Under the pieces are notes generated by a model that worked only from the letters and a program-made list of their open reading frames with translations, searched no databases and was not told the origin of the DNA. The position numbers and the translations under genes are program-made. DNA of 64,000 nt from Candidatus Micrarchaeia archaeon (GTDB lineage Archaea; Micrarchaeota; Micrarchaeia; CABMEP01): NCBI GenBank assembly GCA_038881595.1, contig JAVZPM010000002.1:64001-128000 (forward strand). Reading direction: 5' to 3'. Numbering within the stretch: the first letter of the stretch is position 1; each line of letters opens with the position of its first letter. This document shows positions 31,298-41,100 of this stretch, in pieces.

Positions 31298-31559
31298 TTA
31301 ATTTTAATTTTTGCAATATTGTTTCTAAAGTAGTGCCACCCAGATATAAGTAGAGCAAATAAATCTTATTTTGTGGTTTGGATCTAGATCTAATATCTTT
31401 TTTATATCTTTTTCTTTTATATCGCATTTCTTTTATCCTAATACTTAACTGCATACTTTTTTATTTAATATTTAATTTTACTTTTTAGTTTTTGTTTTCA
31501 GTTATATTTATCTATTTTTTTATTTATAATTATTTTATCCGTAATTAATAGATCTTAAT

Positions 31560-31749
31560 GGGCCAGTAGCTCAGAGGTAGAGCGCTTCGTTCGCATAAAC
31601 TTTCTTAGAAAGAGAGTTTGATCAAGGAATTTTCTAAGAAACTCTTTATCAAATAGTTTCATCAAAATAAGTGATTGAACTTTCCTAACATGAAAGTAGT
31701 AAAGTTTCGGAAAACGAAGAGGTCGCGAGTTCGAATCTCGCCTGGTCCA
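31560..31749 (+). tRNA. tRNA-Ala(CGC) with 118-nt intron at 37/38 (31596-31713)
   Basis: Acceptor GGGCCAG/CTGGTCC with G3:U70, A73; anticodon stem CTTCG/CGAAG; TTCGAAT T-loop; BHB at junctions. Confidence 0.93.
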
Positions 31750-31781
31750 TAATTAGTATATAATCAATTAGAGAGGTTAAC

Positions 31782-33026
31782 ATGAAAAAAAATGAAGGAA
31801 AAAAGAATACTAAAAGTAATGTCTTTTGGCTTGGGATCGTAAGCCTTCTTGCAGATGCTTCTTCAGAGATGATCGCTCCGGTTATGCCACTATTTCTATC
31901 TAGTGTTCTTGGGGCAAGTGGATTTATGATAGGATTAATTGAAGGGATTGCAAAATCTGCTGAGAGACTACTCTCATTTGTTTTTGGATGGTATTCTGAT
32001 AAGATTGGAAAAAGAAAGCCTGTGATTGCGTTTGGTTACTTTCTTTCATCAATTATGAAGGGAGCATTCGCATTCACAACTGTATGGACTGAATTTTTGT
32101 TTGCAAGAGTTATTGAAAGAACAGGAAAGGCAATAAGAGATGCACCAAGAGACGCATTGCTTGCTTCTTCAACCGGAGATTCACTTGAGGAGAGAAGAAA
32201 GGGATTTGCACTGCATAGAATGTTAGATACGCTTGGTGCCATCATCGGTCCTCTGATAGCACTTCTTTTTGTAGCCTCTCTAACGCTAGATTTCGAAAGT
32301 ACTGTAAGGAATCTTTTCATTCTTTCACTTATACCTGGTCTTCTTGGTGTCTTAATAGTATTAATTTTTGTAAAAGATGTTGAGCTGAAGAAATCAGAAA
32401 GAACTAAGAAATCAATCTCAAAATCATTTTCTATAGAGTATGGAGATAGCTACAAGCAATTTTTATTTTCCTTAGTTCCGTTTTTCCTTTTTGCCCCTCC
32501 GCTTGCATTCATATATCTGCAAGCTAGCGAATTCGGTCTTGTTCTATCAGGGGTGATAACGCTTGGCTTTTTGTATTCCGTCTTTTACATATTAGGAGCA
32601 AATCTAATCAATTTTGCTTCAGATAAATTTAAGATGAAAATAGGAAGAAAGCAGGGAATTGAGATTTCACTTTTGTTTGTGATGCTTTCGTTCTTAGTAG
32701 TTTTTCTTGTCCAATATTTGCAATTAGATCAGGGCAATGCTCTTACGTTTATTTTTCTTATTTTAGCATTAGTTCTTTATGGAATAGGTATGGGTATGTT
32801 TGAAGTGGAATCTAAATCCTATATCTCTCTTCTTGTAGAGAAAAAAGAAATGGGCGGAGCATTCGGCGCATATCAAACCATCAGCGGAGTAATGATAATA
32901 TTCTCTGGCTTGATATTTGGATTTATTTGGGACTTTTCACCTGGATTTGCATTTTTGTTGGCCGGAATTAGTACATTTGTATCGCTCTTTTTATTTAGAT
33001 TTTTCACATACACTACAGTAAAATAA
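31782..33026 (+). CDS. MFS transporter
   Basis: About 12 TM segments, GWYSDKIGKRK motif A, RDAPRDALLA. Confidence 0.92.
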   Translation: MKKNEGKKNTKSNVFWLGIVSLLADASSEMIAPVMPLFLSSVLGASGFMIGLIEGIAKSAERLLSFVFGWYSDKIGKRKPVIAFGYFLSSIMKGAFAFTTVWTEFLFARVIERTGKAIRDAPRDALLASSTGDSLEERRKGFALHRMLDTLGAIIGPLIALLFVASLTLDFESTVRNLFILSLIPGLLGVLIVLIFVKDVELKKSERTKKSISKSFSIEYGDSYKQFLFSLVPFFLFAPPLAFIYLQASEFGLVLSGVITLGFLYSVFYILGANLINFASDKFKMKIGRKQGIEISLLFVMLSFLVVFLVQYLQLDQGNALTFIFLILALVLYGIGMGMFEVESKSYISLLVEKKEMGGAFGAYQTISGVMIIFSGLIFGFIWDFSPGFAFLLAGISTFVSLFLFRFFTYTTVK

Positions 33027-33104
33027 ACAGTAAAATAAAAGTTTAAATTTAAATTTTCTAAATTTCATCAATCAATATTGTGGATGAATTGCAAAAATCT
33101 TGTT

Positions 33105-33500
33105 TTATTTTTTGAGATCGTTTATTCCATCTTCTTCATTCACATCTCTTATTTTATCCATCGGAGCATTTTCTGGCTTTGGTTGGAAGTTTATTTCATT
33201 TTCAAAGTAAGTCTCTCTAGGATTTTCTTTTCTCTCTCCTTTTTCTTTCATCTTTTCCTCTTCTAATTCTCTTATTACTTCTTTTTTTATTTTGTCCCAT
33301 ATTTCCTTCCATGTCATTTTGTCATTCGAATCTTCATTTTCTTTTTCATTTTTTTCTTTTAAATCCCTTATTTCTTCATGTAAGACATCGCTTTTTCTTT
33401 TTTTCTCTGGAATTTCATCGCATTCCTTAAAACGTTTATAATTATTATTAGAAGATTCATCACTAGAATCTTTTTTCTCTCTGAACATGAACCATTCCAT
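33105..33500 (-). CDS. Hypothetical highly charged protein
   Basis: E/K-rich ORF; start uncertain. Confidence 0.45.
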   Translation of the reverse strand: MEWFMFREKKDSSDESSNNNYKRFKECDEIPEKKRKSDVLHEEIRDLKEKNEKENEDSNDKMTWKEIWDKIKKEVIRELEEEKMKEKGERKENPRETYFENEINFQPKPENAPMDKIRDVNEEDGINDLKK

Positions 33501-33723
33501 AACATCACTAAATAACATAGCATTTTTTAAATATATAAATATTTCGTTTTGGTGGCTTTGTAGAAATCCTATGGAGGTAAAACAGTTTCTCTTAGATGTC
33601 ACTTTTATCGTGATAAGTCATAAGAGATACCTAATAATTTAAAAAATCCTGTAGAACCACTCAGATTTACTTTTTTCTCTGGTTTTGAATGAGGGTGCTA
33701 CGAAAGTAGACGTTATAATATAA

Positions 33724-34623
33724 TTAATGTAGCAAAATTGTGTCGCATCCTTCTGGTTCTCCATAATATGCAGGACCGCTTATAACTAGTTTTACATATC
33801 CAAGTATCGGTATTCTGAAGATTACCTTTCCTTTTATGTCACTTTCTCTAACAATATCAAAATAGCTAATGTCCATGTAGTTATTGTTGTCTCCCTTTGT
33901 TAGCAGATAATAACTTTCTCCCACTTTGAGCTTAAGAAATACCCTGTGGACTATATCCATGTTTGTATAAGTTCCATTTACATGTGATGCGTAAACTATG
34001 ACATCATTAGTGAGATTTTCATTTATTTCTTTTCCATTAATATATATTGATCTAACGCATTCGGGGGAATAACCTATCAGTTTCTTTGTTGATGAAGAAA
34101 TTCTTGGACACATGCTCTGGCATTTGTAAGTGATACTTCCATTCTTGCTAGTACCACATAGAACTTTAGAATTGTTTATGTCATTCAATTCTTCTTCTGT
34201 TATTTCAATTGTAGGCGCATTGATATCTTTTGCCTTTATTCCCTGCACTATTACAAAGTCTCCTCTCTCATATGATGGCAGGAGAGAGCATGAAACCACT
34301 CCACTGATTGGGACAGAGGTTCCAAGCAAAAATGATATAGATGAAAATATAATTATTGCAAGTGCAGCAGCCTTCAATATCTCAATTATTTCTTGTTTCC
34401 AGCTTGTTTGCGATGCACTTACGTAAATGTCAACAAAAAAATACGCAATAAGGGAAAAGCCTGAAAGAAATGCGAAGATTATGGACTTTGTCAAAAGATA
34501 AAGCACGAACGATATTCCAAAAACAATCAGTAGCAGATTGCTTTTATGTAGTTCTGTTAGTTTTTCTTTCTGTTTCTCTTCCTTTTCTATTTTTTTTGCA
34601 TTTTTTTCTAATTTGTCTTCCAT
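33724..34623 (-). CDS. Signal peptidase I (S26, archaeal Sec11-like)
   Basis: VVSCSLLP (Ser), RGDFVIV, IVHRV, TKGDNN, IKGKVIFRIPILG. Confidence 0.85.
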   Translation of the reverse strand: MEDKLEKNAKKIEKEEKQKEKLTELHKSNLLLIVFGISFVLYLLTKSIIFAFLSGFSLIAYFFVDIYVSASQTSWKQEIIEILKAAALAIIIFSSISFLLGTSVPISGVVSCSLLPSYERGDFVIVQGIKAKDINAPTIEITEEELNDINNSKVLCGTSKNGSITYKCQSMCPRISSSTKKLIGYSPECVRSIYINGKEINENLTNDVIVYASHVNGTYTNMDIVHRVFLKLKVGESYYLLTKGDNNNYMDISYFDIVRESDIKGKVIFRIPILGYVKLVISGPAYYGEPEGCDTILLH

Positions 34624-34763
34624 GATTATATTTGTTTGTAAAGTAATTAAAATATATCTTAAATATCTTAAAAATAGAATTAAGAAAAATAAACGATTGA
34701 AATAAAAAATAGAATATAAAAAAAGAAAAAATTAAGGCGATTGCAATGACAGACTAGTTATGT

Positions 34764-35840
34764 TTACCACATAACTTCTTCTATCATTTCATATGCCTTG
34801 TGTTCCTGTTTCTGTGGTTCAAGGTTTCCAAGCAATGATGTGGAGGTAACTCCGGTCATGATTGCAGTGACAACAACCTTGTCTCCAAGTTCTGGCATGA
34901 GTCTTGCTCCCCAGATGACATTTGCATTGTTGTCAAATGCTGCAGTTATTCCTTCACCAATCTTGGTTGCCTCACCCAATGTAAGATTTGGACCACCTGC
35001 TATGTGGATAAGCGCTCCCTTTGCACCTTCATAGCTCACATCAAGCAATGGGTGTTCTAATGTGCTCTTTATTGCATCCTCAACCTTGTTTGTTCCCTTT
35101 CCTTCTCCAACAGAGAGCATTGCAACTCCACCGTTGCCCATGATTGCTCTTATGTCGGCAAAGTCAATGTTGATAAGGGATGGGGTCATTATAGTATCAG
35201 ATATTCCCTTTATTGCTCTTGCAAGTATTTCATCTGCTACATTGAATGCCTCGTTCATAGGTAAGTTTGGCACGTACTGAACTAATCTGTTGTTGTCAAT
35301 TACAACTACAGTGTCACATGTTTTTCTTAATTCTTCCAATCCCCATCTTGCCTTTTCTGTTCTTGCTCTCTCAAGAGAAAATGGGTATGTAACCATACCA
35401 ACTACTATTGCACCCTCTCTCTTTGCAACCTCTGCAACAACTGGTGCAGCACCTGTACCTGTACCTCCTCCCATACCTGCTGTAATGAATACTAAATCTG
35501 CTCCACTTAATGCCTCTGCAAGCTTGTCTTTTGATGCCTCAGCTGCCTTTCTTGCAACCTCCGGATATCCTCCAGCACCAAGACCTCTTGTTATGGACTG
35601 ACCAATTAAGAGTCTCTTGTGAGCCTCTGTTATCTTCAGGTGGTTGACATCAGTGTTAATTGCTATCGTGTCTGCGGTTTTTATTCCAGATCTCATTATT
35701 CTAGTGATGCTGTTGCATCCTCCTCCACCTACTCCTACTACAGTAATTCTGATCTTGTCTGATCCAAGGTAATCCTTCTCCGGTGCCTTGGTCGCCTTAA
35801 CTGTGGTTCCAGATGTAAACGAACTTAGGAAACTTTCCAT
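34764..35840 (-). CDS. ftsZ: Cell division protein FtsZ (FtsZ2-type)
   Basis: [34 protein letters not shown]. Confidence 0.97.
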   Translation of the reverse strand: MESFLSSFTSGTTVKATKAPEKDYLGSDKIRITVVGVGGGGCNSITRIMRSGIKTADTIAINTDVNHLKITEAHKRLLIGQSITRGLGAGGYPEVARKAAEASKDKLAEALSGADLVFITAGMGGGTGTGAAPVVAEVAKREGAIVVGMVTYPFSLERARTEKARWGLEELRKTCDTVVVIDNNRLVQYVPNLPMNEAFNVADEILARAIKGISDTIMTPSLINIDFADIRAIMGNGGVAMLSVGEGKGTNKVEDAIKSTLEHPLLDVSYEGAKGALIHIAGGPNLTLGEATKIGEGITAAFDNNANVIWGARLMPELGDKVVVTAIMTGVTSTSLLGNLEPQKQEHKAYEMIEEVMW

Positions 35841-35921
35841 TTCAACACCCTGCCTCAAATTAAATATTATTTTCCACTAAAAAATTAAGTGGAATGGCTG
35901 CAAAGCAGCCACTTAACAAAT

Positions 35922-36983
35922 TTAACCAATTATTTCAATGTCACCATATATTGGTGATTCTACTTTTTGCTCTTCAAGTGGTACTCCAACAACACTTGCA
36001 CCCTTTACTCCAGTTACGATTGCAACTATTTCTATCTTGCCATCATATCCTGGAATGAGTCTTGCACCCCACTTGACGCTTGCCGTTGAATCCATTCTTT
36101 CAGTTATTATTTCTCCTGCCTTGATTGCATCTCCTAATGTCAGGTCGTTTCCACCAGAGATGTGGATCAAAGCACCTTTTGCTCCTTCGAAGTCAACATC
36201 AAGCAATCTGTTCTTTAGAACTCCTTCTGCAGCTGCCTGAACCTTGTTTGTTCCTCTTCCTTCACCTACCGCAATGAAACCAACATCACCTTGAGACATA
36301 ATTGCTCTTACATCTGCAAAGTCAATGTTGATTAATGAAGGTTGTGTTATCGTCCAGACAAGTCCACCAATTGCTCTTGCAAGTATCTCATCTGCAACTC
36401 CAAAAGCCTCATTCATTGGGAGATTTGGAACCAATTGAACCAGTCTGTTGTTGTCAATTATAATAACACTGTCTGCATGTTTTCTAAGCATCTGAATTCC
36501 TTCGTCTGCTTTGCTTCTTCTTGCCTTTTCAAGTGCGAATGGGTAGGTAACCATAGCAACTACTATTGCACCTTGTTCTTTTGCAATTTCTGCAACAACA
36601 GGAGCACTTCCTGTACCTGTACCTCCTCCCATACCTGCACAGATAAAAACTAATTGTGCATCTTTTAGTGCTCTTTCGATTAAAGGCTTGTCAATTTCTG
36701 CAGCCTTTCTCCCTACATCAACATATCCTCCAGCACCAAGACCTCTTGTTATAGATTTACCTATAAGAATCTTTTGAATCCTTTCATCTAATGTCAATAA
36801 GTGCTGATTATCTGTATTAATTGCAATCAGATCAGCACCCTTAACACCATATCTAAGAAGTCTCTGAAGGGTGTTGTTTCCTCCACCACCGCAGCCCACG
36901 ACTGCGATCTTAATTCTTTCAACTGGACCAAGATTTGACTCAGCCTCAGTGTGTCCTGTAACAGATTTGATTAAGCTTTCCAT
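35922..36983 (-). CDS. ftsZ: Cell division protein FtsZ (FtsZ2-type)
   Basis: [36 protein letters not shown]. Confidence 0.97.
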   Translation of the reverse strand: MESLIKSVTGHTEAESNLGPVERIKIAVVGCGGGGNNTLQRLLRYGVKGADLIAINTDNQHLLTLDERIQKILIGKSITRGLGAGGYVDVGRKAAEIDKPLIERALKDAQLVFICAGMGGGTGTGSAPVVAEIAKEQGAIVVAMVTYPFALEKARRSKADEGIQMLRKHADSVIIIDNNRLVQLVPNLPMNEAFGVADEILARAIGGLVWTITQPSLINIDFADVRAIMSQGDVGFIAVGEGRGTNKVQAAAEGVLKNRLLDVDFEGAKGALIHISGGNDLTLGDAIKAGEIITERMDSTASVKWGARLIPGYDGKIEIVAIVTGVKGASVVGVPLEEQKVESPIYGDIEIIG

Positions 36984-37148
36984 TACAATCGCCTCAATAT
37001 TGCTATTAATATATAATATTTAAATATGTTTCTTTTTTTCTTTTTTCTTCGTCGTAAATTTTTTGAAAAATTTTCAATTTTGAAGAAAGAAAATAACTAT
37101 TTCATACATTTTCAGTTTTTTTGACGGCTCAAAAATAAAAAGATAATT

Positions 37149-37215
37149 TTAAAAATTTTGAATTATAATTCTTATCATTATATATAAAATTATTAAAAAT
37201 TTTGAATTATAATTC
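37149..37215. promoter_or_regulatory. Two identical 23-bp direct repeats, each ending in palindrome GAATTATAATTC (candidate operators)
   Basis: TTAAAAATTTTGAATTATAATTC at 37149-37171 and 37193-37215, flanking TTATATATAAA. Confidence 0.55.
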
Positions 37216-37269
37216 ATTTAACTTGTATATTATGTGCTGTCAAAATATAGTTAGTATTCAAGTGATTAA

Positions 37270-37551
37270 ATGCCAAAAAAGAGAAAATATAGAAAGATAG
37301 GTTCAATTCCTAATGTAAGATTATTCAAGCCATTCGGAAATAAAGTAAATCATTTAGATGAGATCATATTAACAATCGATGAATTCGAAGCACTAAGACT
37401 TAGTGAATTAAACAACCTTAAACAGAAACAAGCAGCAAATAGAATGTGGATTTCTCAATCTACTTTCAATCGTCTTCTTAAATCTGCTAGAAAAAAGATT
37501 GCTTTGGCAATTATAGCAGGAAAACAAATTAGAATTGAATCAAGCAAATAA
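37270..37551 (+). CDS. DUF134 family HTH DNA-binding protein
   Basis: FKP, LTIDEFEALRL, QKQAA.RM.ISQSTF.RLLKSARKKIA. Confidence 0.9.
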   Translation: MPKKRKYRKIGSIPNVRLFKPFGNKVNHLDEIILTIDEFEALRLSELNNLKQKQAANRMWISQSTFNRLLKSARKKIALAIIAGKQIRIESSK

Positions 37552-37575
37552 ATAAAAAGTAAAAGAATTTAGAGA

Positions 37576-38721
37576 TTAGATTATTTCTTCAATATTACCA
37601 TCTGCAGCTTTTTCGATTCTTTCCATTATCGCTCTTCCAATTCCAAATTCATAAACCCCTTCAATTAATATAACATCGAAATTATTTTTATCGGCATTTC
37701 TCAACTCTTTAAATAGACAACGTGCCATTTGAATATGATTTTCATATTCCGTAACGCTTCCTAATTTAGAAAATTCTTTCTTCATTTTTTCAGGGATTGG
37801 TTCTGAGAATATTATCTTTACTTTTTTCTTTTTATTGGATAATTTTTCTGCAGCATATGCCATATTAATTATTGTTTTTATCCTTCCATCTTTTCTTCTT
37901 CCTATAAATACCTTTGCATCTGGAGAATAATTTTTATATTTCATACCTGGTGAAAGATGTTTTTCACAGTCTTTTTTACAGATTTCAATATTCTTTTTGA
38001 GTTCATTCTCTATTTGCTCTTTTGTTATATATCCTTCTCTTAAAATAGTATAGGGTTCAGATACCATATTAATTACAGTTGATTCAATACCTATCTTACA
38101 TTGACCGCCATCTATAATTAATGGAACCTTTCCTTGAAGATCAGAAAATGCATCCTTTGCATTGGTAGCACTTGGTTTTCCTGAAAGATTAGCAGAAGGA
38201 GCAGCTATAGGAAATCCTGATGTTTCGATTATGTCTAATGCAACAGAGTGATTTGGCATTCTTATTGCAATAGTATCTAATCCTGCAGTTGTTATCTCTG
38301 GTACTAAATTATTTTTCTTTAATATCAAAGTTAAAGGACCTGGCCAAAATTTATTTATTAGTCTATTAGCATCTTCACTTATCTCCTCAACTAAGAATTT
38401 TAGCATTTCTACAGATGATATATGAACAATTAATGGATTGTCTTTAGGTCTATTCTTAATTTTAAATATCTTAGAAACAGCACTAGAGTCAAATGCATTT
38501 GCACCTAATCCATATACAGTTTCAGTTGGAAATACTATAACTTCTCCAGAATTTAGTAACGAGGAAACTTCTTCGATTATTCTTTTATATTCAAGTGCAT
38601 GTAGTTTTCTTACATCGATTATTTTAGTGTTGATAATTTGTTCTTCTTTTGGATTGAGAATTTGCTTATCTTTATTTTTTCCTTTTATCTCTTTCTCTTT
38701 TTTATTTCTTTTCAAATCCAT
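37576..38721 (-). CDS. sua5: L-threonylcarbamoyladenylate synthase Sua5
   Basis: FPTETVYGLGA, KNRPKDNPLIVH, FWPGPLT, AAPSANLSG, SPGMKY. Confidence 0.95.
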   Translation of the reverse strand: MDLKRNKKEKEIKGKNKDKQILNPKEEQIINTKIIDVRKLHALEYKRIIEEVSSLLNSGEVIVFPTETVYGLGANAFDSSAVSKIFKIKNRPKDNPLIVHISSVEMLKFLVEEISEDANRLINKFWPGPLTLILKKNNLVPEITTAGLDTIAIRMPNHSVALDIIETSGFPIAAPSANLSGKPSATNAKDAFSDLQGKVPLIIDGGQCKIGIESTVINMVSEPYTILREGYITKEQIENELKKNIEICKKDCEKHLSPGMKYKNYSPDAKVFIGRRKDGRIKTIINMAYAAEKLSNKKKKVKIIFSEPIPEKMKKEFSKLGSVTEYENHIQMARCLFKELRNADKNNFDVILIEGVYEFGIGRAIMERIEKAADGNIEEII

Positions 38722-38823
38722 AATCTACACCATACAATATGGCAGAACTAATTTTAACTTAAAATTTAACGATTATGTTCTTTATATATTTAACGATTTG
38801 TTCAATATAATGTAAAATTAGAT

Positions 38824-39753
38824 CTAGACTTTTATTTTTCCAATTATTCTCATCTTTCCTTCTGGCTTCAATAAAAGATATTCATTTCCAGGAATGATTG
38901 CAATATCTCTATCTGATTTAAGTTTTATTTTTCCTTCTGAAATGCTTACAACATCAACTTGCCTGTATTGAAGATGTGCAGCAATAAATATTTTGCTGTT
39001 TTCTTTTAATTCTTCTGTATAGTACTTATTCTTTATGAAATCGCCCTCTATTTCTCTTATAGATTTTAATTCCTGTTTTGAAAATAAATGCCCTCGTTCT
39101 ACATCTTCAACACTGACTCCTTTTAGAGCCAGGCCTACTCTTTCTCCTATTTCAGCGGATTTTACATCTTTATCATGGACTTGTATAGAACGGATAGTTA
39201 CTTTTTTTCCTCCAGGATATATTCCAAATTCATCATGGACATTTACATTCCCTCTTGCAACACCAAGAACAACAGTCCCAACACTTTTAACATCGAAAGC
39301 AGAATCTATTATTATGTATTCTATTTCTGATTTTTTATTTTCAAATTTTGCAATTCTTGGATATATTTCAGATGGAACCTTATCCACAATTATAAACGAT
39401 TCAAGAACAGTTCCTCTTACTAGATTTACAAATTTGTCTTTTTCGACGTAGTCATCAAATATTATCAATCCTTTTTTTATTCCTAAAAGGTCAAGTGCAA
39501 TTATGTATTCTCCCAATTCTTTATCTAATTTTTTAACAACTAAAATTGCTGCATCAGCCATTGCTAAACAATGTGTAAGAGATTGGAGTTTTTCTGGATA
39601 GCTTGTAGGAACTAAGAAAGTTGCAGTTAGTTCTCCACCTTGCATGTCACTTCCTTTGTAATTATATATTGTAAAATCAGTAACAGTTCCTTTTTTTCCT
39701 AGTTCTTTTGCAAATTCGTTGTCTCCTAAAATTACTACATTTATATTTTTCAT
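38824..39753 (-). CDS. Archaeal SelB-like/EF-Tu domain II protein
   Basis: LGKKGTVTDFTIYN, YPEK, IDSAFDVKSVGTVVLG, IRSIQVHD, VGLALKG; no intact G1 motif. Confidence 0.8.
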   Translation of the reverse strand: MKNINVVILGDNEFAKELGKKGTVTDFTIYNYKGSDMQGGELTATFLVPTSYPEKLQSLTHCLAMADAAILVVKKLDKELGEYIIALDLLGIKKGLIIFDDYVEKDKFVNLVRGTVLESFIIVDKVPSEIYPRIAKFENKKSEIEYIIIDSAFDVKSVGTVVLGVARGNVNVHDEFGIYPGGKKVTIRSIQVHDKDVKSAEIGERVGLALKGVSVEDVERGHLFSKQELKSIREIEGDFIKNKYYTEELKENSKIFIAAHLQYRQVDVVSISEGKIKLKSDRDIAIIPGNEYLLLKPEGKMRIIGKIKV

Positions 39754-39856
39754 TTTTCACACCATAGATAAGATTTACAAAATAGATAATAATTAGTAAA
39801 TTATAATTGAAATTAATATTTATAATGTTTAGCAAGCTAATTTTTCTGTTGATTCT

Positions 39857-40591
39857 ATGGCTCAGTTTGTAAAATTACATAAATTTTCGAATATTTCAGT
39901 TTCACAACTTTGGTCGTTTACTGTAGCTGCAAGAAAGATGCCTAAAGGGTTTTATCAACTTAATCCAATTTCGTTTGTAAAAGAAAATGATGGAGAGATG
40001 TTTATATTGGGAAAGGATTTAGAAAATTTTTCTAAATCTTTTTCTGGACCTATGTCTTCAAATGAAGTTCAAAATGCATTGATTCAAAATTTCTTTTCAG
40101 AATGGCTTAAATCTTACGAATCAGCAAAAATTTCGCTTAATGATCTTAATGGGCTTTCATTTTCTTCCCTTTCAAATGATGTCCTTTATAAAGTTTATTC
40201 TATAATAAGTACACAAAGCAGTGATGTTGGAAGAATGCTTTTCTTTTCAAAAATTCTTGAAGCAGCAAATAAAGATGCTTATTTAAAATTGAGAGATCTC
40301 CTTTCAAATAAATCAATATCTTACGAAGAAATTTTTTCTCTTTCTTTGAACCTATTTAAAGATGATTTATTTGAAGAGATAGGAAAGCGAATATACAAGA
40401 ATAAAAAAGAAACATTATTGTTGTCTCCAGAAGAGTTTTATTCTTCCTTATATGGCGGAGTATTCGATGAACAGGAAATCGAAGAAAGAAAAACAAATTA
40501 CATAATGGTTTATGATCTTGAAAAGGATGCGCCACATATCTATAGCGGAGAAAAAGCAAGGGCAATGGAAGCCTCTTTATTGAAAAGTTAA
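39857..40591 (+). CDS. Hypothetical protein
   Basis: 244-aa ORF with upstream TATA-like box; no recognisable motif. Confidence 0.6.
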   Translation: MAQFVKLHKFSNISVSQLWSFTVAARKMPKGFYQLNPISFVKENDGEMFILGKDLENFSKSFSGPMSSNEVQNALIQNFFSEWLKSYESAKISLNDLNGLSFSSLSNDVLYKVYSIISTQSSDVGRMLFFSKILEAANKDAYLKLRDLLSNKSISYEEIFSLSLNLFKDDLFEEIGKRIYKNKKETLLLSPEEFYSSLYGGVFDEQEIEERKTNYIMVYDLEKDAPHIYSGEKARAMEASLLKS

Positions 40592-40615
40592 TTATGTATA
40601 TTTCAGGGTGGTAAT

Positions 40616-40900
40616 ATGATGTCTAAAATCCCTATAAAATTGGATAAAGTGAATAAGAAAGATATAGATAAAGAAATTTTAAGAGCAGGAATAATTGCAG
40701 AACTTGATGCAATAAATCTATATGAGCAAATGGCAGCATTGGCTCAAGACAAAAATATAAAAGCTATACTTCTTGACATTGCAAAAGAAGAGAAGACCCA
40801 TGTCGGCGAGTTTCAAAGGCTTCTTTTGAATCGAGATAAGCAACAGGCAGAAGAATTAGAAAAAGGAAAGGAAGAAGTAATGAAAGAAGTAGGAGAATAG
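40616..40900 (+). CDS. Small ferritin-like/rubrerythrin-family protein (EncFtn-like)
   Basis: AELDAINLYEQ and IAKEEKTHVGE di-iron ligand motifs. Confidence 0.88.
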   Translation: MMSKIPIKLDKVNKKDIDKEILRAGIIAELDAINLYEQMAALAQDKNIKAILLDIAKEEKTHVGEFQRLLLNRDKQQAEELEKGKEEVMKEVGE

Positions 40901-40929
40901 CATTATTTTAAAGAAAACAGAAAACAAAG

Positions 40930-41040
40930 GGCCGCAGAGGGGAATCGAACCCCTGCTTGGAGGTTTCTGCATTTTTGATGAAACTTTCTTTTAGAAAGTT
41001 TCTCCACAGCCTCCCGTCCTACCATTAGACGACCGCGGCC
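40930..41040 (-). tRNA. tRNA-His(GTG) with encoded G-1 and 39-nt intron at 37/38 (40965-41003)
   Basis: Acceptor GCCGCGG/CTGCGGC, C73, anticodon stem GGAGG/CCTCC, TTCGATT T-loop, CTGT/GCAG central helix with 3-nt bulges. Confidence 0.93.
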
Positions 41041-41100
41041 ATATTTTATGATTTCAATGTCCTTTAAAACTAAATTATATTATTTTTAAAAGATATAAAC

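Noticed and set aside
33045..33071. Possible intergenic copy of the tRNA-intron hairpin element (AAATTTA..TAAATTT-CATCAA)
   Set aside because: The stem is all A/T in an AT-rich gap, so a chance match cannot be excluded
33650..33712. Possible hammerhead ribozyme (TGAG...GAAA)
   Set aside because: No CUGAnGA core or three-stem topology on either strand
38824..39753. SelB-like gene as evidence for selenocysteine use
   Set aside because: It resembles the short archaeal SelB-like family lacking a G1 motif; no tRNA-Sec or in-frame UGA candidate was seen in the window
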